NCBI GenBank assembly: GCA_963821395.1
Contig: CAWGDY010000027.1
Coordinates: forward strand, 9,407-73,406
DNA: 64,000 nt
Reading direction: 5' to 3'
DNA from: Vicinamibacterales bacterium
GTDB taxonomy: Bacteria > Acidobacteriota > Vicinamibacteria > Vicinamibacterales > JAMQPK01
The position numbers and the translations under genes are program-made. The notes beneath the pieces are model-generated. The model did not search any database. It was not told where the DNA came from and saw only the letters and a program-made list of their open reading frames with translations. Of the stretch, positions 50,531 through 58,200 are shown piece after piece. The number at the start of each line of letters is the position of its first letter. Position 1 is the stretch's first letter.

Positions 50531-53401
50531 TTGCAGTGCCGGACTCGATATACTACCGGCGGCCAAGTGAAACCGCGTTTCGTCCGCCCGCGGATTGCCG
50601 ATCTTCTCGTTGCCATCCTGACGGCGGCAGTCGCCGCCGCCGTCTATCGTACGTGCGTCTTTTCTCAATTCGAACCGATCCGGGCGGACGTTGTGAGCAC
50701 GAAGCTCCAGTCGTCGGGTCATCTCGTCAGCGTCGCCCTTCCCGATTTGTCGAACGTGCGCGGGCAGACGGCCGAGCTCGGCGTACGGCTTCAGAACACG
50801 CTTCTCGTACCGAGGCGGATTGGCGTGTTGCGCGCGGGCTTCCCGCCCGAACCCATCGTGCTGCCGCCGAGCGGCACGATCAGCTGGGACATCGTGTTGC
50901 CGCCGGAAGCCGTCCGGGCGCTCGACATGGAGGTGGGCGAGAGAGCGAGGACGCTGGAATTCACGGGCGACGCGGATGGCTGGGCGGTCACCGCCGTCGA
51001 GATTCGCAACTATCACGCTCGGGTGGGCGATCCGCTGAAGTTGGTGGTTCTGGCGAATGGGCCAGACTCACATGCGCCCGGAACGGGGTTTCTCTCCATC
51101 ACGTTGCTGGTCTGTGTTCTGGCGATCGTGAACGCGTTCGAGCCGAAGCCCGCGCGAACGTCACTGCGATTGGTCGGCAGCGGCCTCGTGTTCTCGGCTT
51201 TTCTCCTGGCCCTGATCTGCTTACTCCTTCCGGCAGTCTCTGCCTACCGGGTGCTCCTGTCGCCGTCCACATTCCTGTTGCTCACCGCCGTGCTCTTCGC
51301 GCCGGGCGTTCTCCATGTTGGGGCGAGGTGGATCGCCGCGATCGCCGGCAACATTACTCTTGCCGCGCGTTACTGGAAGCGCCACGAGCTGACGTTCGAA
51401 CGAGGCGCAATGATGTTCGGGCTCTCGGCGATCGCCATCGCTCAGCCTGTCTTCGAGGTGGTGTCGAACAGTCCAGAGTTTTTTGCGGCGAGGGGCACGA
51501 CTGCTGCGACGGCTATTGCAGCCGTGGTGGTCATCTGTGCCGGCGTGCCTGCCGTGCTCCTCGGGATCGAGCGGGCGATTCGTATGGTCAGCCCGCGCGT
51601 GGCGACCGCATTTTACGGCCTCACGTTGGCGGTCCTGTCGGCGGCCATCCTGATGCCGATCGTCCAGCGGAGCGGCCGTGTCGCGCCGCCCTGGGACGGC
51701 CTGGCCGCTGGTCTCGGTGCGGTTGCGGTAGCCCTGGCCGCTCGAAGCCGAGTCGTTCGCCAGTTCCTCACGGCTCTTGCGCCCGCGGCCCTTGTCGTTC
51801 CTGTGCTGTTCGTCTTCGACCCGGGCGTCAGACAGAATTTTCTCCCCTCGGAATCGGCGGCCGGCGTGCAGACGATCGAACGGACGCCGCCGATCGTGTT
51901 CGTCATATTCGATGAGTTGCCGTTGACCAGCCTGCTCGACGTCGAGGGCAACATCGATACCGCGCGGTTTCCGAATTTTGCGGCGCTGGCGAGCGACGCC
52001 TACTGGTTCCGCAACGCCAGCACGGTTGCGTCGAACACCGAGCATGCCGTGCCTGCCATCCTGTCGGGCCGATATCCGACGTCGCCCAACGCCGTCCCGA
52101 CGCTGCGGTACTATCCGGTCAACTTGTTCACGACGCTCGCGCAGCATTACGAGATCCAGGCGTCGTTGAGATTTCAGCATCTCTGTCCGCCCAGGGCGTG
52201 CCAAGACGATGCCGGCATGGCCGGTGACACGGTCGAGTCGCTCGTGTCGGACCTTGGCCTGGTGTGGCTGCACATCGTTCTGCCGCGGACGTTTGCAGAA
52301 GGGCTGCCGCCCGTGACCGAAGACTGGGCTGAATTCGGTCAGCCTCGTCAGACGAAAACAGGTGAAGGCCAATACGGCCGCGGCGGTGTGTTTGCGGAAT
52401 TCGTGTCGGCCATCGATGCCCGGCCGGCGCGGCTTCACTTCATCCACTCGATGTTGCCGCACATGCCGTTCGAGTACGTGCCGTCGGGGCGGCGCTACCG
52501 GCGTCCCGAAAACGAAAACCAGGTGTTCCGCCGGAACCGGATGTTCGAAGGAGCCAGCGCGGCGTACACCGATGTCCTTCACCAGCGGCATCTGGCGCAG
52601 GCCGGATTCGTGGATCGGCTGGTGGGGGACCTGGTCTCGCGCCTTCGCCAGGTCGGGGCCTACGACAAGGCACTTGTCGTCATCACGTCCGACCACGGTG
52701 CGAGTTATCGCGAAGGCCGCTCGAGACGGCAGCCGCAGGAGCACCGCAATCTTTCCGACATCCTGTCAGTGCCCCTGCTGGTGAGGGTGCCGGGCCAGCA
52801 ACGCGGTGAGGTCGTGGACCGGATAGTCGAATCCGTCGACATCCTCCCGACGATTCTCGACGTCATCGGCGCGAATGCGTCGCTTCGATTCGACGGACGG
52901 TCGCTCGTGGACGGCCGGGCGCCGGCACGTTCCTCGCGGACGTTCGTCTGGCGAAACCGATCCAACGCGGAGTTGCGGACCATGGACGATCTGTCCGCGG
53001 AACGAGCCGCCAGCCTCGGGCGGAGAGAACGAAGGTTTGCCCCGGGAGATGCGGCAGCGTTGTACGCGCCACCCGAGGCGCGCCATCTGTTGGGCACGAA
53101 TGTCAGTCGCGCGCCGATGCACGCGCCCCAGGACGTGCAAGTGACGATTCGAAACGAGCGACAATTTCAAGCGGTGAACGTCGCCCGCGATCCTCTTCCG
53201 CTCTACGTCAGCGGAGTGCTGAGCACGTCGCGATCGGAACCGCTCACCGTGGCGGTGGCGGTCAACGGGATCGTCGCCGCGGTTACGCATTCATATCGCG
53301 AACGCGACACCCATATGTTTGCGACGCTTATTCCGGAGACGTCCCTGCGAAATGGAGATAACGCGGTCACGGCCGTCGTTGTCGATACGCCGACGCGCTG
53401 A
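50531..53401 (+). CDS. membrane-anchored sulfatase/LtaS-like (alkaline-phosphatase superfamily) protein
   Basis: 956 aa. The N-terminal ~430 aa are polytopic. The catalytic domain follows, with VFVIFDELPLTSLLD and VVITSDHGASYREG. The start is uncertain (TTG at 50531 or GTG at 50567). Confidence 0.8.
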   Translation: MQCRTRYTTGGQVKPRFVRPRIADLLVAILTAAVAAAVYRTCVFSQFEPIRADVVSTKLQSSGHLVSVALPDLSNVRGQTAELGVRLQNTLLVPRRIGVLRAGFPPEPIVLPPSGTISWDIVLPPEAVRALDMEVGERARTLEFTGDADGWAVTAVEIRNYHARVGDPLKLVVLANGPDSHAPGTGFLSITLLVCVLAIVNAFEPKPARTSLRLVGSGLVFSAFLLALICLLLPAVSAYRVLLSPSTFLLLTAVLFAPGVLHVGARWIAAIAGNITLAARYWKRHELTFERGAMMFGLSAIAIAQPVFEVVSNSPEFFAARGTTAATAIAAVVVICAGVPAVLLGIERAIRMVSPRVATAFYGLTLAVLSAAILMPIVQRSGRVAPPWDGLAAGLGAVAVALAARSRVVRQFLTALAPAALVVPVLFVFDPGVRQNFLPSESAAGVQTIERTPPIVFVIFDELPLTSLLDVEGNIDTARFPNFAALASDAYWFRNASTVASNTEHAVPAILSGRYPTSPNAVPTLRYYPVNLFTTLAQHYEIQASLRFQHLCPPRACQDDAGMAGDTVESLVSDLGLVWLHIVLPRTFAEGLPPVTEDWAEFGQPRQTKTGEGQYGRGGVFAEFVSAIDARPARLHFIHSMLPHMPFEYVPSGRRYRRPENENQVFRRNRMFEGASAAYTDVLHQRHLAQAGFVDRLVGDLVSRLRQVGAYDKALVVITSDHGASYREGRSRRQPQEHRNLSDILSVPLLVRVPGQQRGEVVDRIVESVDILPTILDVIGANASLRFDGRSLVDGRAPARSSRTFVWRNRSNAELRTMDDLSAERAASLGRRERRFAPGDAAALYAPPEARHLLGTNVSRAPMHAPQDVQVTIRNERQFQAVNVARDPLPLYVSGVLSTSRSEPLTVAVAVNGIVAAVTHSYRERDTHMFATLIPETSLRNGDNAVTAVVVDTPTR

Positions 53402-53404
53402 CAC

Positions 53405-54196
53405 TCACCGTGGTGCCCAGAGCGGCTCTCCGGCCTTGACGAGCTGGACGGGCACCTCGGGCACGAACCCCTTTATCCAGTCGGCCATTTCGAGCATGCC
53501 GGCCTCCTCGGAAATCGCGTGGCCGAGCATGATCCAGCCTTTGGTGATCCCCAGCGTCATCGCGTCGAGCACGTACGCCGGACTGTCGAGCGTGCCGTCG
53601 GTCTCCTGCTGTTCGCCGCTGATCACGACATCGATCTCAGAGCTGTGTACCGGCGGAGTGGCATAGCCGACTCCGAGCTGGATGCGGCTGACCCTCGCGT
53701 TCGGATTCCCCACGACTCTCAACGCGCGCGCGCCGCTGCGCTTCTGCACGTCGGCGGCCAGTTGGCCGAGCGTGGTTTCGGGAATGACGAAGCGGTGCGA
53801 GCCTGGCGCCGTTTCATACCGGCTCTCGAGGCCGATGGCCCGCGCGGACCCAACCCAGGTGAAGTCGGGCCGCTGCGCGTGCATGTGGTCGTGCATGCGG
53901 AAGATGACGATGTCGTACTTCTTCAGCAGATCGACCTTGGTTTTGTAGAGCGGATCCGCACTGACGATCGTGGTGTCGTCGCGATCGTTCCAGAACGTGT
54001 CTTCGTGCGGGATGATCATGTTCAGGCCCGCGGCGCCGGCACGCTCGATCACCTCGAGCGACACGAACACCGTCGTCGCGATACCCCTGACGAGGGTATC
54101 GGGTCCTCCTGATTTGAAGGTGTCGCGATACGTCGTGTCGCGCCACGGCACGCCCAGATTCTTCTTGATGCGGTCGACGACGTCTCCTGCGGTCAT
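53405..54196 (-). CDS. Nif3-like (DUF34) protein, no signal peptide
   Basis: 263 aa from the internal ATG. VRGIATTVFVSLEVIERAGAAGLNMIIPHEDTFW, IFRMHDHMHA, DVVISGEQQETD and MLGHAISEEAG align by eye to the YbgI/Nif3 motifs. The ATG overlaps the upstream gene's stop (ATGA). Confidence 0.7.
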   Translation of the reverse strand: MTAGDVVDRIKKNLGVPWRDTTYRDTFKSGGPDTLVRGIATTVFVSLEVIERAGAAGLNMIIPHEDTFWNDRDDTTIVSADPLYKTKVDLLKKYDIVIFRMHDHMHAQRPDFTWVGSARAIGLESRYETAPGSHRFVIPETTLGQLAADVQKRSGARALRVVGNPNARVSRIQLGVGYATPPVHSSEIDVVISGEQQETDGTLDSPAYVLDAMTLGITKGWIMLGHAISEEAGMLEMADWIKGFVPEVPVQLVKAGEPLWAPR

Positions 54197-55104
54197 GATG
54201 CCGGTCTCCAGTACGGATCGCCGGCCGGAATGTGCCGGACGGGTGCTTCTGTCACGAACGTCTTGAGCCAGTCGGCGCAGACTTTCATGCCGGGCTCCTC
54301 GGACACCACGCGGCCGACCAGAATCAAACCCTTCCCGGCAGCGGCGAAGACCTTGTCTCTGACGTATTCGGCCGTTTCCCATTCGCGGACCTCGCCGGCC
54401 ACGATGACATCGACATTCGGGAGCATCTTGAGCGCGGCCTGAATGGGCGTGGTACCCGGGAGCAGCCCGACGCGTCGCACGTTCGTGCGCGGGTCGCCGA
54501 TGACGCGAATGCCACCGCGCGACTCCAGGCTCTTTTTGACGCTTGCCGCCAGTGCTTCCAGTGTCAGGGCCGGGACATCAAAGCGGAGCGGATCGTTTGG
54601 GGATTGATATCTGGTCCAGCCGAGCGATTCCGCAATCCCTCGTGCGAGGGGATCGGGCTGCCGCGTCCGCCAATGCTCGCTGAGGCGGAAGACCAGCAGG
54701 TTGTTCTGTTTGATGAATTCGGCCTTTGCCGTGAACACGCGATCTGGTTCGGCAACAAGATTGGCCGGGCCACCGCCACGTGGCGGAGGCGGAGTCTGGG
54801 CGTCGCTTCTCGAGTAGAACGTGGGCTGCGCGGTGATCACCATGTTGGCGCCGGCCTTCACCGCGCGCTGAAGCACGTCCAGCGTGGCCATCGATGTGGT
54901 CACGATGCCCTTGAGCACGATTGAGGGATCGCCGGCCTTCACGCCATCGACGGTATCGGGCTTCCACTCGCTGCCGAGGTTCTTCTTGATGCGATCGATG
55001 ACGTCCTGTGCGGCGATCGCCGCAGCGGCATGCTGGCCGAACACGAACGGCGCGGCGGCGGCCGCCGTCAGGGTGGCGAACTCGCGTCGAGAAAGCTGAG
55101 GCAT
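54193..55104 (-). CDS. Nif3-like paralog with a twin-arginine signal and degenerate metal-ligand motifs
   Basis: 303 aa from the internal ATG. It starts MPQLSRREFATLTAAAAAPFVFGQHAAAA. LKGIVTTSMATLDVLQRAVKAGANMVITAQPTFY has AQ in place of HH. GRVVSEEPG stands in place of GHH.TE..G. Confidence 0.65.
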   Translation of the reverse strand: MPQLSRREFATLTAAAAAPFVFGQHAAAAIAAQDVIDRIKKNLGSEWKPDTVDGVKAGDPSIVLKGIVTTSMATLDVLQRAVKAGANMVITAQPTFYSRSDAQTPPPPRGGGPANLVAEPDRVFTAKAEFIKQNNLLVFRLSEHWRTRQPDPLARGIAESLGWTRYQSPNDPLRFDVPALTLEALAASVKKSLESRGGIRVIGDPRTNVRRVGLLPGTTPIQAALKMLPNVDVIVAGEVREWETAEYVRDKVFAAAGKGLILVGRVVSEEPGMKVCADWLKTFVTEAPVRHIPAGDPYWRPAS

Positions 55105-55271
55105 GCCAGATTCTAACGGCAGACCGCCGGAAAAGAGATAGTCCCGCGCCCGGGAGACAAAAGTCCGCATCCCGGTCTCGCCCACCGAACAGCGGCGCAA
55201 TTTGGGCCCGAACTCACGGCACGCACCGGCAGCAAGTTTGCCTAGGCAAACCACGTCTACCTCGTCCAAGG

Positions 55272-58200
55272 ATGATTCAGGCCTTTCGGTCTCGCGCTAT
55301 CGCTGCGCGTGCGGAACGATCCGCACGCGGGTGTCGCATTGCGCGCGCCATGGCGATGCTGCTTGCCGCCATCCTGATGGCGCCTGTCTCTTTGCAGGCG
55401 CAAACAATCACAGTAAGCCTGGCCTCGGCGCCGACGGGTACGACGAACGACACGAATCCCGAGATTCGTGTCGTCGCACCCGATAAGGTCTGGTACAAGT
55501 ACAGCTTCAACGGCGGGCCGTACTCTCCCGAACTGCCGATTGCCACGCCCATCAGGCTCACGGGCGGGGTCGAACTCGGCGGCAGTCCGTTTACGGCAGG
55601 AAGCCGTGCGCTCATCGAATTCCTGCGCCTGAGGAGCACCGACACCGGGTTCACCGACTTCATCAATCGAATCACATTCGATCACGTCGCATCGCAGGTG
55701 CAGGTCACATACACGGTCAACAAGAAGCGAACGGCGGTCGCGCCGGAAAACGTCCTGAATCTTCAGGGCGCGGGCGTGGCAGATCTGGGCGTCACGCTGC
55801 AGGAGAAGACTCCTGTTGGCCCTCGGTTCGAGCTGAGCGCCCTCGCGATCGGCGGAGGAAAGCTCGTGCAACGATCGAGCTCGGCCAACTTGCGACAGTT
55901 CACCCTGGCGCTGCCGAGCAATGCGCTCGAGGTCGCGCTGACTCCGCAGGTGAACAACAGTCAGACGGCTATCGTCGTCAACGGCCAGCCGTCGCCGTCC
56001 GGTCAGACGGTCGTGCTGCCGGCACCAGGAGAGGGACAGTCGGTCAACATCCAGACGGTGGGGCCCGACAGTCTGGTGACGACGTACGCGATCGAAATTC
56101 GCTACGACGCTGCGCTCCAGCCGACCGAGTACCGCGCGTACTACCTGCGCGCGTTCGTGCCGGCTTCGTCGTATGTAAGCATCCAGAACCTCGGCACGGA
56201 TCTCGTTGATTACAACCTGAGCTTCAATCAGAAATTCGGCGTCACCGCTCAGGATCTTGTCCGGGAGATCCAGGAGATGGCGCCCGAGTATCCAGGCGAG
56301 GCGATGTCACGCAAGGTGTGGCGCTTCGTTCGCGACAATCGGTACCACGCCGACCCTTTGACAGGGGCGAACTGGAATCATTCCCCGGGACTGTTCTTCA
56401 ATTCGATCGGGTTCGGATACTGCGACGACAGCGCCTCGGTGTTTCGTCATCTGATGACGGCGATGGGCTATCTGTCACGTGTGTGGGGGTTGAACGGGCA
56501 CGTCGTGGCCGAGGTGCTCGTTGACAACCGATGGGAGATGTGGGATCCGGACCTCCAGGTGTATTACTTGAACCACGCCGGGCTTGTGGCCGGCGTGGAG
56601 GAGCTTGCGGCAAATCCGGACCTGATCCTCAATCCTGTGGAGAGGCTGCCGGGCGCGACCAGCGCGGCGTACGATCCGTACTACGCAAACTACTACGCGA
56701 CGCCCGCCGACAACGCCGTCATCGCGTGGTACGACTCGCTTCCGGTCCTCGGAGATTCGTCGATGGTCTTCGAGATCCCTCCGGGGAGCACGTTCGAATT
56801 TCCGGATGTCTACGATTCGTCCTTGTCGTCCGTGTACGGAACCCGCGTGCCGACGTACGCCAACGCGCGCCTGGTAGTGCCGGAGGCCTTTGCGGGCACG
56901 GTAACGATGCCGCTGGTGATCCAGTCGATAGGCTGGTCGAACACGCCGACCTTGCGTGTAATGACGAAGGACGGCCAGGGAAATTGGGATGCGGCGCCAA
57001 CGGTCGCCTCCTGGATCGTCGATGCCGAACCGCCGTTCACGATGGCGATTCAGCCATCGGGCGTCTACACACCCGGTGAGCCCATCACGCTGAAGGCCAG
57101 CGAACCGGCCGCGATCTACTACACGACGGACGGGAGCACGCCCTCCGAGAGCTCGTCGACCTACACAACTCCCATCGTGATGCCGTCAGGCGGCATGGTG
57201 AAGTTTTTCGGCGTGGATCAGATCGGGAACCGCGAACTCGAACGGCTTTACGGCGCCGTGCCCGTCCAGCAGGTGCAGCTGCAGCTTGCGAGCCTGACGG
57301 CCACAACGGCGACGTTTACGGCGAGCGCATCGGGAGGAACTGGATCGTACGAATACCTGTTCGAGCTGAAAGACCCGGCAGGGAACAGCTCGATCGCGCA
57401 GTTCTACGGACCCTCCGATGCGTGGAGCTGGAACAAGTCGAGCGCGGCGCCAGGCGCGTACGCGGTGCGTGTCTGCGTGCGCAATCGTGGAACGATGAGC
57501 GGCTGCGAGCGTTCCGCAACGGTGGGAATGGTGATCATCCAAGAAGCGGCTCCCATCCTCATCAATCCGGGCGATCAAGTCGACACCGTCGACCAGCACT
57601 CGTACGTCGAGACCGTGTTGGTCGATCATCCCGTCGCCTACTGGCGGCTTGATGAAGAAGCCGGTTCCGTGGTGGTCGACCGGGCCGGCGACAATGCCGG
57701 TCAACGCTTTGGCGCGGTCTCGCGAGTTGAACCGGGCGCTCTCGCCGACGCCACAGCCGCGAACGCGTTTGACGGGGTTACCGGCTATGTGCGCGTCCCC
57801 AACAAGCCGGCACTCCAGCTCGCCGGCGATCTGACGATCGAGCTCTGGGTCAACGTCTCGCTCGCAACGCGGCAAACGCTGGTTTCGAAGGACTTCCTCC
57901 GCGAGTTCGAGCTGACGCTCGAAACCAACGGCAAGCTGAATTTGTACCAGGGCAACGGCGTGCTCATCGGGAACGTGTGGTCGGCGCAGGGGTCCGTCAG
58001 CCCCAACATCTGGCAGCACGTCGTGGTGACGCGGTCGGCGGCAACCAGAGAGATTCGGTTCTTCGTCAACGGGCAGGCGAAGGGAGCCGCGACGTACACC
58101 ATCGATCCGGTACCCGGGACAAATGCGATCGTGATTGGGCGAAGTGCGGCGGGTGGACAGTACGTGAATGGCCGTCTGGATGAGGTCGCGCTGTATCCAA

